DNA from: an uncultured Acidobacteriaceae bacterium
GTDB lineage: Bacteria > Acidobacteriota > Terriglobia > Terriglobales > Acidobacteriaceae
Assembly: GCA_963787145.1 (NCBI GenBank)
Contig: CAWBBY010000039.1
Coordinates: 184,114-248,113 of the forward strand
Direction: 5' to 3'
DNA: 64,000 nucleotides
The position numbers were made by a program, and so were the translations under genes. The notes beneath the pieces were generated by a model that saw only the letters and a list, made by a program, of their open reading frames with translations, searched no databases and was not told the origin of the DNA. The number at the start of each line of letters is the position of its first letter. Position 1 is the first letter of the stretch. Shown in pieces: positions 39,088-49,003 of the stretch.

Positions 39088-39882
39088 CTAACTCCTGCGC
39101 ATGCGTGCCCGGATCGCGGACTCAACCGCACCGGGATGGGTCAGAATGCGTTCGATGCGAAACAGGTAGGCGCGCACCGTATCCAATGCGGTCCATCTGC
39201 GGCCGCGAGAGAGAGAGAACATGCGATGCGCGTCCGCTTTCATCATTTGGCTGTGCCGCCGCGAGCCGGTGATGGACTTCGCGTGGAGGCGAAAAAGTGC
39301 CAGGTCCTGATTGAGATATTTGACCTTGGCTCCCCTGCGTACCATTTCTACCAGCAATTCGCCGTCCCAGCAGGAACGATTGTTCACATTGAACCCGCCC
39401 ACGGCCTCAAAGGCCGCACGCCGGAAAAACGTCGCCTGTTGCAGCCAGGTCGCGCCTCCATAGAAATAACGATCCAACGTAAAGCCGGCCGCACGAATGC
39501 GTCGAATGCGCTCGCCCTGGGCGTCGATGATAAAACCGTTGCCCATCACGATGTCACAATCGGGGTTCTGCGCGAAGGCATGCGCGACGCTGCTCAGGGC
39601 TCCCGGCAGCAGCACGTCGTCCGAGTTCAGAAATCCGAAAATGTCCCCCGAAGCATGTTGAAAACCGTTGTTCAGTCCGTCGGCAGCTCCCCGGTCGGGT
39701 TCAAAAATTACTCGCGCCAAATGGCTCGCAAAGCTTTCGATCAGCTCCCGGCTTCCGTCCGTAGAGCCGGGATCCACCACGATGTATTCGATCGCCGGGT
39801 AATCCTGCGTCAGCACTGAATGGAGGGCTTCCTCCAAATACTGCCGCTGATTAAAGGAGATGGTGACGACACTGAACTTCAT
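39088..39882 (-). CDS. glycosyltransferase family 2
   Basis: FSVVTISFNQRQYLEEALHSVLTQDYPAIEYIVVDPGSTDGS is a typical GT2 N-terminus. A DxD-like NSDD follows. Start placed at ATG 39882 (the track ORF begins at 39927). Confidence 0.85.
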   Translation of the reverse strand: MKFSVVTISFNQRQYLEEALHSVLTQDYPAIEYIVVDPGSTDGSRELIESFASHLARVIFEPDRGAADGLNNGFQHASGDIFGFLNSDDVLLPGALSSVAHAFAQNPDCDIVMGNGFIIDAQGERIRRIRAAGFTLDRYFYGGATWLQQATFFRRAAFEAVGGFNVNNRSCWDGELLVEMVRRGAKVKYLNQDLALFRLHAKSITGSRRHSQMMKADAHRMFSLSRGRRWTALDTVRAYLFRIERILTHPGAVESAIRARMRRS

Positions 39883-39953
39883 CGGCAATTCGCTACCATT
39901 GGCTCTTGGTGAAGGGCGGTCACCCAAACGGGCTACTCAATCGGGTCTATACC

Positions 39954-40946
39954 TTACCTGGTATAGAAATATGCCTGCGTGGCGAATCCTATGGCGGCCG
40001 TCAACGCCGTCTTGGAGGCCGCTTTGAGTACGCTCGGCGGAATGAAGATAATGTCGTCCGGCTGCATAGTAATGTCTACCGCCCGGCCTCGCAACACGTC
40101 TTCGAGTTTGACCTTTTGCACCACCCGCGTCCCGCCCTCCGCCGATCTCAATAGCAGAGTACGTTGCGACCAGGACGAAGCCTTGGCTCCCTGGGCCAAC
40201 GCCATCACTTCGGAGAGTGTGGTGTGGTTTGAGTCACACAGCGGAAAGGCCCCCGGCCGGTTTACATTGCCGCCCACATAGACCACGCCGCAACGGCTCA
40301 CCAGAATGGTTTCTCCGGTCTTGATCTCCAGTTCAGCATTGTCATTTTCCCGCAGCGTTGGATCCCATAAAACGGTCTGCGGGTTTTTCATTGAGCCGGT
40401 GGGGAAGATTTCGATCACATGTCCCGCCCGGTCGCTCACACCGCCGGCCTGGGTGAGCATATCGATCAGCCGTTTCTTGCCCGCCAAGGTGTAGATGCCG
40501 GGGCTCTTCACCTCGCCCATCACGGTCACGCTGTAACCGAATTGCTGGGTAGTAACAATCACGCGCGGATCGCGCAGGATCTGCTGCTGCACAAAGAGCC
40601 GTGCGATTGCGTGTGCCGCCTCGATCGAAGTCATACCTTCTATGTGAAAAAGGCCGGCGTAGGGAATCGCGATCTCACCGGCGGGCGAGACCGGCATGCT
40701 TACCGAGTACTCCGGGGCGTCGAATACCTGCACTTCGACAATATCTCCGGGGCGGATCGGTCCAAATCCCAACCCCGCTCCCGATGACGGACCTGTGGGG
40801 ATCGCGTATCTCGGGTTGCGCGGGGCCGCCGCAGCGGATGGGCTCGATTGGGGAAAGATCGGCTCCAGGGGGGCCGAACGATGAGGGATTACTGGGCGCG
40901 GGCGTGATTTGAACCGGCTCGTTGCTTTGCGAAGACAAGCCACCAT
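39954..40946 (-). CDS. polysaccharide export protein (Wza-like; Poly_export plus SLBB domains); the signal peptide appears to lie in another frame (ORF 40675-41085)
   Basis: PGDIVEVQVFDAPEYS and later SLBB-like repeats. The main ORF has no hydrophobic N-terminus. The overlapping frame encodes MLRVLTAIGVLQLALCAAPAQAQA from ATG 41025. Confidence 0.75.
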   Translation of the reverse strand: MVACLRKATSRFKSRPRPVIPHRSAPLEPIFPQSSPSAAAAPRNPRYAIPTGPSSGAGLGFGPIRPGDIVEVQVFDAPEYSVSMPVSPAGEIAIPYAGLFHIEGMTSIEAAHAIARLFVQQQILRDPRVIVTTQQFGYSVTVMGEVKSPGIYTLAGKKRLIDMLTQAGGVSDRAGHVIEIFPTGSMKNPQTVLWDPTLRENDNAELEIKTGETILVSRCGVVYVGGNVNRPGAFPLCDSNHTTLSEVMALAQGAKASSWSQRTLLLRSAEGGTRVVQKVKLEDVLRGRAVDITMQPDDIIFIPPSVLKAASKTALTAAIGFATQAYFYTR

Positions 40947-41207
40947 TATCAGGAGCTTGTGCCTGGGCCGGCGCAGCGCACAGGGCGAGTTGCAGGACTC
41001 CGATGGCGGTCAAAACTCTGAGCATTTCCCACCGGACGGGTTTCGAAAAAAGCTGCATCGCTAACAACATTTCTCCAGTAGGCATTCAGTCGGCAACAAC
41101 GCTCACCGTATTCCTGTCGGCAAATGACGAACGCGTTGCACGCAGTCCTACCCATCACAGTAACAGGAGAAATGCACGAAAGTATTCAAGCTCTTTTGCG
41201 GTGGAGT

Positions 41208-41927
41208 TCAACTCATTACGTGGCTGGGCGTGCTTGGCTCGCGTCCCACTCTCTGCTTCACCGGCTGTGCCGGAACTCCGGCGTAAACCGTCCACGGCTT
41301 CAGATCACGCGTGGCTACCGAACCCAGGCCAAGCACCGCACCGTCGCCCAGGTTCACTCCAGGAGAGACAGAAGCACGGGCACACACCCACGAGTAGGCG
41401 CCCAGTTTCATAGGAAAGGAAATAAGCGGGAACGATGGGTCGTTGTAGTCGTGCGTGGCCCCGCAAATGTAAGCCTGTTGAGAAACGATAGCGTGCGATT
41501 CCATGGTTACCGGCGAAGGGTTGTAGATCTCCGCCTCGTCGCCCAGGGAAACCCCATCAGCGCACAAGAGATTCCAGGGTGCCCATATGCGAGACTTCGG
41601 ATAGAAATGGCAGTGGGGGCCAAGCCTGGCTCCGAAGCAACGCAGGAGAAAAGCGCGCCAGGCATGAAAGGGACGGGGCGAGGGCCGAAACAAGAGAGTC
41701 CAGCATATAGACCACGCCAACCTGCGCATGCGGTTCGAGAAGGAGAACGAAGGCCTGAGGTAAGGGTCGGCGGATTGGCCTGCTGGTTGGTACTTGCTGA
41801 CCCAGGACTCACGTCCTGGGCTACTCTCAGCCGTCTCTGCGGGACTCAATTCGGAGAGGGGAGTTCTCGCGCAGACTCTGAAGTCCGTACCGTTCGGGGA
41901 AATGAGTTTTTCAGCGGCTTTAGCCAT
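41208..41927 (-). CDS. WcaF-like hexapeptide-repeat O-acetyltransferase
   Basis: FRPSPRPFHAWRAFLLRCFGARLG, then left-handed beta-helix repeats and AGVPAQPVKQR. Collinear with colanic-acid WcaF-type acetyltransferases. The exact start is uncertain. Confidence 0.75.
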   Translation of the reverse strand: MAKAAEKLISPNGTDFRVCARTPLSELSPAETAESSPGRESWVSKYQPAGQSADPYLRPSFSFSNRMRRLAWSICWTLLFRPSPRPFHAWRAFLLRCFGARLGPHCHFYPKSRIWAPWNLLCADGVSLGDEAEIYNPSPVTMESHAIVSQQAYICGATHDYNDPSFPLISFPMKLGAYSWVCARASVSPGVNLGDGAVLGLGSVATRDLKPWTVYAGVPAQPVKQRVGREPSTPSHVMS

Positions 41928-41928
41928 G

Positions 41929-42036
41929 CCCGGATTTCCTGCCGCGCGGCGCTAGTGAGAGAAGCGATGTGCGGCTTTCTTCGCGGAAAGCCGCATGCAG
42001 TTCGGTGACGCTAAAAAGCTCCATAGGAAATCCGAG
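41929..42036. repeat. Family-B palindromic MITE-like element, copy 3 (right terminus degenerate)
   Basis: cccggatttcctg ... gtgcggctttcttcgcggaaagccgcat ... ataggaaatccgagg. Confidence 0.8.
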
Positions 42037-42054
42037 GTCAGCGGCAAGCCTGGC

Positions 42055-42702
42055 TCACTTCACCCGGATGACTACACCAAAGCTAAGGGTATAAGGCTTG
42101 AGCTTGGTATCGATGTAAACCCCGGGCACTCCGGGGAAAAACCCCGGAGGGTAATAGTGGTTTCCCAGGTCCCACAGCTGATACTGGAAGTCGACCATAC
42201 GAAAATTCAGGGTGCGATTCTTGTGATAGTCCACGCCACCCCCGAATTCGTAAACAATGCTGTTGTCCGTTTGACCGCTGTGGTAGGTAATGTTCCCGGG
42301 GCCGATCATGAAGTCGCCATAAGGGCGAAAACGGCGGTAAATGTAGTGAAGTTCGGGGCCGAACATAAAGGTTCTCTGTTTTCCGTAGGTGCCGCTGCTA
42401 TAGGTGAAGCGGGTCCCCACGGCGGGCTGACCGAACACGAACCGCCCCAGGCGGAAATCAGCGCCGGCGGAAAAGGCTTGATTCCAGCCGTTGGCATCCT
42501 CGAAGTTGGCGGGAGGAGGAGCGCCTGGCGGGTAGTCGAGCGTAGAGTTGAAGTCGGTTTTCACCAGGGTGTAGAGCCCGTAGACGTTGATCTGACTTCC
42601 GCCGCCCTTGATTGCGGGTACCACCTGGCCCTGAGATGCATTCGGCAGTATCGCTCCCGCCACCAGAACTGCGAACACTAGTGCTCTAGAGAGAAGTCGC
42701 AT
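42055..42702 (-). CDS. outer-membrane beta-barrel protein (OmpW/porin-like small barrel)
   Basis: Start at ATG 42702 gives the signal peptide MRLLSRALVFAVLVAGAILP. Alternating amphipathic strands, aromatic-rich, ending with a C-terminal barrel-like FGVVIRVK. Confidence 0.65.
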   Translation of the reverse strand: MRLLSRALVFAVLVAGAILPNASQGQVVPAIKGGGSQINVYGLYTLVKTDFNSTLDYPPGAPPPANFEDANGWNQAFSAGADFRLGRFVFGQPAVGTRFTYSSGTYGKQRTFMFGPELHYIYRRFRPYGDFMIGPGNITYHSGQTDNSIVYEFGGGVDYHKNRTLNFRMVDFQYQLWDLGNHYYPPGFFPGVPGVYIDTKLKPYTLSFGVVIRVK

Positions 42703-43222
42703 GTTGGCCGCCCGTGAATTCAAATGTTGATACCTTCGGTGTCTGGAGATATCCAGAAATCCAGGGCCGAGATGACGCGTTGTACACCCTGGTTCAGGCT
42801 TCATCTCATCATGGAGAGTACAGACACAAAGACAGCATGCGCTGCATCCACTCGTTTCTACCAAGTAACCTCGCTGGTTACAAATCCAACAATAGTTGCA
42901 GCGCTATTACACATACTGATGCCCGAAAAGGGCGTTCACGGTTGCATCCCAATCAGAACTGTATTAGAGAAACCTGCTCTTGAAGCTGAAAGAGTCAAGC
43001 CTCGCTGCAGGCCTTGGCACGCCACTACAACAGCGTTATTTGCAACAGCATTCCTGCTAATGCACGTTCAGGGTAATCAAAAGCTACTTGTCTGTCTAGA
43101 AGAGAAACAGTCCTGTCGCAGAACAGAACAGCGAAAACAATTAGCGCACGAGGTACCAGATCAATTAGCCGCGAACGCAACAGGGACTCACCGTGGTAGG
43201 CTTTACACGGCAAGGGGCTTCC

Positions 43223-43327
43223 CCCGGATTTCCTGTGTAATTTGTAGCTTTGGCGCACTTTATAGGGTCCCGGCTGGCCGGGACCGCACACGCGGTCTGG
43301 TCCGGTGCAGCGTACAGGAAATCCGGG
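43223..43327. repeat. Family-B-type element, copy 4 (same termini, different central hairpin)
   Basis: cccggatttcctgt ... ggtcccggctggccgggacc ... acaggaaatccggg. Confidence 0.8.
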
Positions 43328-43568
43328 TCTGAAGCAGTGACGGGTTCATTTATGTTTGGTGCGATCATCCGGAACCTTTTAGGGTAATAGCTGGGAGAGT
43401 ACGCGATACGTTCTGGAATCTCACCACGGTCAGGCAGTTTCGCAATTGGTGTAGACCGAAGCGAGAGGCCTTTACGTGGTTTTCTCTCAAGGAAAACCAC
43501 ACCTCGCGATCTCTTATCAGGCCACGGTAATTGCGAAACTGTCTTAAGCGACAACATCTGGAGTGCTC

Positions 43569-45200
43569 ATGCCTAAAACTGCTCTACTCATTGGCGCCGG
43601 CCCCGCGGGGCTCACGGCCGCTCTGGAGTTTCTTCGCCGTTCCGATGTGCATCCCATCGTGCTCGAGGCCAGCCATGAGATCGGTGGCATCTCGCGCACC
43701 GTCAGGCACAACGGGAACCGCATCGACATCGGGGGCCATCGTTTCTTTTCCAAATCCGATCGGGTGATGAACTGGTGGATGGAGTTGATGCCGCCCGAGG
43801 CGAGTGCGGATACGCAGCATGCTTTGCGTCACCAGAATAAGCAGCGAACCCTTAAGACCAATGGCCAGGGACTTTCGCCCGAGAACACGGACCTGGTGAT
43901 GCTGGTCCGCCCGCGCAAGAGCCGTATCTACTTTCTGCGCAGATTCTTCGATTACCCCATCAAGCTGACTGCGGACACGCTGCGCAAACTGGGGTTGATC
44001 CGCACCGTGAAAATCGGCTTCAGCTACCTGCTGGCGAGGCTCTTTCCGCGCAAGGTGGAGAAGTCGCTCGAGGATTTCCTGATCAACCGCTTCGGCCGCC
44101 AACTGTACCTGACATTTTTCAAGTCTTACACCGAAAAAGTCTGGGGCGTGCCCTGCGAGGCGATCAGCGCCGAGTGGGGAGCACAGCGCATCAAGGGACT
44201 GTCGCTCACCACCGCCGTCCTCCACTTCATTAAGAAGGCCTTTTCTTCCCGCAAGGATGAGGCGATCCAGCAGAAGGGCACCGAGACCTCGTTGATTGAA
44301 AAGTTTCTCTATCCAAAATATGGGCCGGGTCAGCTCTGGGAACACGCCGCCGACCAGATTCGCAACCACGGCGGAGAGATTCTACTCGGTTGGCGCGCCA
44401 CCCGGCTGTTCGTCCAGGGCGACCGGATCACCGCGGTCGAGGCGGTCAGCGATAGCGGGGAGCGGCGCCGCTTCCCTGCAGACTATGTCTTCTCCACCAT
44501 GCCGGTGCGTGAACTGATCGATGCCATGGATACCCCGATTCCCAGCGAGGTCCGCGAAGTGAGCGATGGCCTGCAATATCGCGACTTCATTACCGTCGGA
44601 CTTCTGGTCGATGGATTGAAGGTGCGCGAGGCCGACGGTGGGCCGCTCAAGGACAACTGGATCTATATCCAGGAGCCGGATGTACTGGTGGGGCGGCTGC
44701 AGATATTCAACAACTGGAGCCCCTACATGGTCGCCGACCCCTCCAAGACCTGGATTGGACTGGAATATTTTTGCTATCAGACCGACGCCTTGTGGAAGAT
44801 GGCGGACGAGGATCTGAAGAAATTCGCCATTGCGGAAGTGGAAAAGATCGGGATTTTGCGGGCTAGCGACGTAACTGACGCACACGTGGTGCGCGTCCCT
44901 AAGACCTATCCAGCCTATTTTGGCACCTACGACCGATTTCACATTATTCGGGAATTTCTCGATCGCTTCCCGAATTTATATCTGGTAGGCCGTAACGGGA
45001 TGCACAAGTACAACAATCAGGACCACTCCATGCTGACTGCCATGACCGCGGTCGATAACATTATCGCCGGAATAGAGGACAAAGATAACGTCTGGTCCAT
45101 CAACACCGAAATGGAATATCATGAGGAAGAAGCAAAAAATGAGGCTCGGGCCTCCAGCTCCCCCACCAAAAACACGGACAGTGTCAGGGCGACAGCTTAA
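43569..45200 (+). CDS. FAD-dependent oxidoreductase (amine-oxidase / UDP-galactopyranose-mutase-like fold)
   Basis: N-terminal [16 protein letters not shown]...[13 protein letters not shown] dinucleotide-binding motif. About 543 aa from ATG 43569 (the track ORF begins at GTG 43563). Confidence 0.7.
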   Translation: MPKTALLIGAGPAGLTAALEFLRRSDVHPIVLEASHEIGGISRTVRHNGNRIDIGGHRFFSKSDRVMNWWMELMPPEASADTQHALRHQNKQRTLKTNGQGLSPENTDLVMLVRPRKSRIYFLRRFFDYPIKLTADTLRKLGLIRTVKIGFSYLLARLFPRKVEKSLEDFLINRFGRQLYLTFFKSYTEKVWGVPCEAISAEWGAQRIKGLSLTTAVLHFIKKAFSSRKDEAIQQKGTETSLIEKFLYPKYGPGQLWEHAADQIRNHGGEILLGWRATRLFVQGDRITAVEAVSDSGERRRFPADYVFSTMPVRELIDAMDTPIPSEVREVSDGLQYRDFITVGLLVDGLKVREADGGPLKDNWIYIQEPDVLVGRLQIFNNWSPYMVADPSKTWIGLEYFCYQTDALWKMADEDLKKFAIAEVEKIGILRASDVTDAHVVRVPKTYPAYFGTYDRFHIIREFLDRFPNLYLVGRNGMHKYNNQDHSMLTAMTAVDNIIAGIEDKDNVWSINTEMEYHEEEAKNEARASSSPTKNTDSVRATA

Positions 45201-45360
45201 CGCATCTTCTTCTATATGATGTAGGAAAGCGCAAAGAGAGCGGCCCAAGGAGCGTCTGTCCGATTTTCGTATCACTCTTGCACGATTTGAGTATGGCTTT
45301 CCCCCAAAGATCGTAGTTTCATCAACTCAATTGATGCCTAAGGCGGATCCAGAAAACAAG

Positions 45361-46779
45361 ATGAGCGAATCTATTGCAATTACAGTAGTCGGATCGGGAT
45401 ACGTTGGTTTGGTGGCGGCCGCATGCTTTGCCGAGATCGGCCACCGGGTGTTGTGCGTCGATAACGACGAAGACAAAGTGAATAAGCTTAACCAGGGTGT
45501 GGTGCCTATTCACGAGGAGTTTCTTCCCGAGCTTCTGGGCAGACACCGTGCCAGCGGAGCAGTTCAGTTCACCACCGACCTCGGCCATGCCACGCAGGCG
45601 TCGCAGGTCATCTTCATTGCCGTTGGTACGCCGCAAAGCGACACCGGCAACGCCGATCTATCCTACGTAGACGCGGTGGCCAGCGAGATCGCCCGTTCGA
45701 TTCATTCCTATAAGGTCATCGTCGAGAAAAGTACAGTGCCGGTGTACACCAACGACTGGATTCGACGCACCATCGAACGCAATGGTGTTTCGCGCTCGCT
45801 CTTCGATGTGACTTCGAATCCGGAATTCCTTCGCGAAGGCACAGCGGTGAAGGACTTTCTCCATCCGGACAGGATTGTTCTCGGCGCCGACAGTGAAAAT
45901 GCGGCGCGACTGCTGGCCGCCATCTACGAGCCGCTCACCTCAGGCAGTTACTACGAGCGTTCGGACGCGGTTCCGGGACACCGGTGTGCCGCCGATCTGC
46001 CCCCGTTCTTGCAGACTTCGACCAAGGCGGCGGAGCTCATCAAACACGCCTCGAATGCTTTTCTGGCCATGAAAATCTCTTTTATTAATGTGGTGGCCAA
46101 CCTTTGCGAGGCAGTGGATGCGGATGTGGAGGACGTGGCCAAGGGGATGGGCCTGGATAAGCGCATCGGCAAGCGCTTCCTGAGCGCCGGAATTGGCTAC
46201 GGAGGCTCATGCTTCCCTAAGGACGTCGCGGCCTTTCGCTATGTCGCGCAGCAGCTGGGAATCGACTTTGGCTTGCTGGAGGAAGTGGAAAAGATCAACG
46301 AGCTGCAGAAAGAGCGCTTCTTTCAGAAGATTCGCTCCGCTCTGTGGACCCTGCGTAAAAAGCGACTGGGTGTGCTCGGCCTGTCTTTCAAGGGGGGCAC
46401 GGACGATATCCGTGAGTCTCCCGCGCTGGAAATCATCCGCATGCTGCTCGATGCGGGCGCGTCCATCTGCGCGCATGATCCGGCGGGCATCGAGCGCGCC
46501 AAGCTGGAGATGCCGCCCCACGCCAATTTGCAATATTCCGACGATCCATATGCGGCTGCGGATAACGCCGACGCCTTGCTGATCCTCACCGACTGGGCCG
46601 AGTTCAGCCGTCTGGACCTCAAGCGTCTGCGCTACACGCTGCGCTACCCCATCATCATCGACGGGCGCAATCTCTTCGATCCCTGGGTCATGCAGGATCT
46701 CGGCTTCACGTATCTCAGCGTAGGCAGGCCATCGCAGCACACCTCGGTCGAATCTGCGTCGACCAAACGCTGGCCTTAG
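45361..46779 (+). CDS. ugd: UDP-glucose 6-dehydrogenase
   Basis: VVGSGYVGLVAAACFAEIGH, the catalytic GGSCFPKD and the C-terminal UDP-binding domain. Start at ATG 45361. Confidence 0.92.
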   Translation: MSESIAITVVGSGYVGLVAAACFAEIGHRVLCVDNDEDKVNKLNQGVVPIHEEFLPELLGRHRASGAVQFTTDLGHATQASQVIFIAVGTPQSDTGNADLSYVDAVASEIARSIHSYKVIVEKSTVPVYTNDWIRRTIERNGVSRSLFDVTSNPEFLREGTAVKDFLHPDRIVLGADSENAARLLAAIYEPLTSGSYYERSDAVPGHRCAADLPPFLQTSTKAAELIKHASNAFLAMKISFINVVANLCEAVDADVEDVAKGMGLDKRIGKRFLSAGIGYGGSCFPKDVAAFRYVAQQLGIDFGLLEEVEKINELQKERFFQKIRSALWTLRKKRLGVLGLSFKGGTDDIRESPALEIIRMLLDAGASICAHDPAGIERAKLEMPPHANLQYSDDPYAAADNADALLILTDWAEFSRLDLKRLRYTLRYPIIIDGRNLFDPWVMQDLGFTYLSVGRPSQHTSVESASTKRWP

Positions 46780-46835
46780 ATAACGGATCAACTCTGAAGC
46801 ATTTAGAAATGCTTTAAGACGAGGGGAACGGTATA

Positions 46836-47792
46836 TTGACGACTCATCGTGTCCTGGTCACCGGCGCCGCCGGCTTCCTCGGCTCGCATCTGTGCGATGC
46901 ACTGATTGCCGAGGGCAATCATGTCGTGGGAGTAGATAATTTTTCCACTGGACGGTCCGCCAATCTGGCCGGGCTGAAGAGCGAGCCACGGTTCACCCTG
47001 GTGGAGCAGGACATCTGCCAGCCATTCGACCTTGGATCGGTCGACTATCTCTTCAACTTCGCCTCGCCCGCCAGCCCTGCCGATTACGCGCGGCTCGGCC
47101 CGGAGACGCTGGATGTCGGCTCCCAGGGGACCAGGAATGTCCTGGACCTGGCGCGCAAATATCAAGCCGGTTTCCTGCACGCTTCCACCTCCGAGTGCTA
47201 CGGCGACCCGGATGTTCACCCGCAGACGGAAAGCTACTGGGGCCATGTCAACCCCATCGGACCGCGTTCTGTGTACGACGAGGCCAAACGATTTTCCGAG
47301 GCCCTCATCATGGCCTACCACCGGTACTACGGTGTAGATACCCACATGGTGCGCATCTTCAACACCTACGGCCCGCGCTTGCAGCCGACGGATGGGCGTG
47401 TCATCTCCAACCTGATGATCCAGGCGCTGCTCGATGAGGATCTCACCATCTATGGAGATGGTAGCCAGACGAGAAGCTTCTGCTACGTCTCCGATCTGAT
47501 TGCCGGCATCCTTCTTCTCTCGCGTTCCAACGAGCATCTTCCGGTGAACATCGGCAACCCGGTGGAGTGGACTATCAAGGACTGCGCGCACCAGGTTCTG
47601 GCCGTCACCGGATCGCGCAGCAAGACCCGCTACGAGCCTTTGCCGGTCGACGATCCGATGCAGCGATGCCCCGACATCACCAAGGCGAAAACCCTCCTCG
47701 GCTGGGAACCAAAGATCGCCCTGCGTCAGGGTCTCGAGCTGTCCCTCGACTACTTTCGAGCCAGCCTGCCAACGCGCTCCCAATTAGGCTAG
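46836..47792 (+). CDS. UDP-glucuronate decarboxylase (UDP-xylose synthase), SDR family
   Basis: VLVTGAAGFLGSHLCDALIAEGNHVVGVDNFSTGR and the YDEAKR catalytic motif. TTG start at 46836 preceded by gagggga. Confidence 0.88.
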   Translation: MTTHRVLVTGAAGFLGSHLCDALIAEGNHVVGVDNFSTGRSANLAGLKSEPRFTLVEQDICQPFDLGSVDYLFNFASPASPADYARLGPETLDVGSQGTRNVLDLARKYQAGFLHASTSECYGDPDVHPQTESYWGHVNPIGPRSVYDEAKRFSEALIMAYHRYYGVDTHMVRIFNTYGPRLQPTDGRVISNLMIQALLDEDLTIYGDGSQTRSFCYVSDLIAGILLLSRSNEHLPVNIGNPVEWTIKDCAHQVLAVTGSRSKTRYEPLPVDDPMQRCPDITKAKTLLGWEPKIALRQGLELSLDYFRASLPTRSQLG

Positions 47793-47908
47793 TGGTTCCG
47801 GCCTCCATTACAATCCAGGGGAAACGCACGGGACATCCGGGTTCGCCACAGTATTTTCTACTTCTGGTGCACGCGGGTCGGCTCCCGACGCGGCTTTTGA
47901 GGTAAGTG

Positions 47909-49003
47909 ATGTTAAACGATTTGTCGCCCATTCTGGTCACCGGCGGAGCTGGGTTTATTGGATCGAACTTCGTTCTGGATTGGCTCGCCCTGGTGGGCAC
48001 GCCAGTGGTCAACCTCGACAAGCTCACGTATGCCGGCAACTTGCAAAACCTCACTTCGATCGAGCGGCATTCCGCCTACCATTTCGAACTGGGGGACATC
48101 TGCGACGCGCCCTTGCTCGAGCGTTTGCTTGACCGGTATCAGCCGCGCGCCATCCTGCATTTCGCGGCTGAGAGCCATGTGGACCGTTCTCTTGCCGGCC
48201 CCGAGGCCTTCGTTCGCACCAATATCGACGGGACCTTCCGTCTGCTCGAGGCCGCCCGGGCCTATCTGGCAAAACTCGCTGCGGAGGATCGCCGGAGGTT
48301 TCGTTTTCTGCACGTTTCGACCGACGAGGTGTACGGCACGCTTCATCCTCAGGATCCGCCCTTCGCGGAGACCAACGCTTACGCCCCCAACAGTCCCTAT
48401 GCCGCCTCCAAGGCAGGCTCAGACCACCTGGTACGCGCTTACGTGCACAGCTATGGGTTGCCCGCAGTGACCACCAATTGCTCCAACAACTACGGTCCTT
48501 ATCAGTTTCCGGAAAAGCTCCTTCCCCTGATGATCACCAACGCCATCGCCGGCAAAAAGCTGCCGGTATACGGGGATGGCCGGCAGGTGCGCGATTGGCT
48601 CTACGTAGGCGATCACTGCTCGGCTCTGCGGGCTGTGCTGGAGCGCGGCGAGATCGGCGAAACCTACAACATCGGAGGCCGTAATGAGCAGGCCAACCTC
48701 GATACGGTGCAACTGCTCTGCAGCCTGCTCGACGAGATGCTGCCCAACGCGCCCCATGTGCCCCACCGCGACTTGATCAGCTTCGTGACCGACCGGCCGG
48801 GTCACGACCGGCGCTACGCCATCAACGCAGACAAGATCGAACAGAAACTTGGCTGGCGTCCCGCCGAGACTTTTGCTACCGGGCTGCGGCGGACTGTGCA
48901 GTGGTATCTTGCACATCAGGATTGGGTGGAGCAAGTGACGACTGGAGCTTACCGGCAATGGATCGATCAGAATTATGCCCACCGTGAAGGCGCCACGCGA
49001 TGA
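47909..49003 (+). CDS. rfbB: dTDP-glucose 4,6-dehydratase
   Basis: [24 protein letters not shown] and [15 protein letters not shown]. Confidence 0.93.
   Translation: MLNDLSPILVTGGAGFIGSNFVLDWLALVGTPVVNLDKLTYAGNLQNLTSIERHSAYHFELGDICDAPLLERLLDRYQPRAILHFAAESHVDRSLAGPEAFVRTNIDGTFRLLEAARAYLAKLAAEDRRRFRFLHVSTDEVYGTLHPQDPPFAETNAYAPNSPYAASKAGSDHLVRAYVHSYGLPAVTTNCSNNYGPYQFPEKLLPLMITNAIAGKKLPVYGDGRQVRDWLYVGDHCSALRAVLERGEIGETYNIGGRNEQANLDTVQLLCSLLDEMLPNAPHVPHRDLISFVTDRPGHDRRYAINADKIEQKLGWRPAETFATGLRRTVQWYLAHQDWVEQVTTGAYRQWIDQNYAHREGATR

Noticed and set aside
42724-43332. 202-aa plus-strand ORF and the overlapping 130-aa minus-strand ORF (43165-43557)
   Set aside because: Both read through repeat B4, have atypical composition and no motifs. 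Treated as non-coding (see the finding on the 860-bp gap).
46784-46816. Hairpin aagcattt-ag-aaatgctt after ugd, considered as a terminator
   Set aside because: The loop is too small for the full stem, no T-run follows, and the next gene starts about 20 nt later and is probably co-transcribed.
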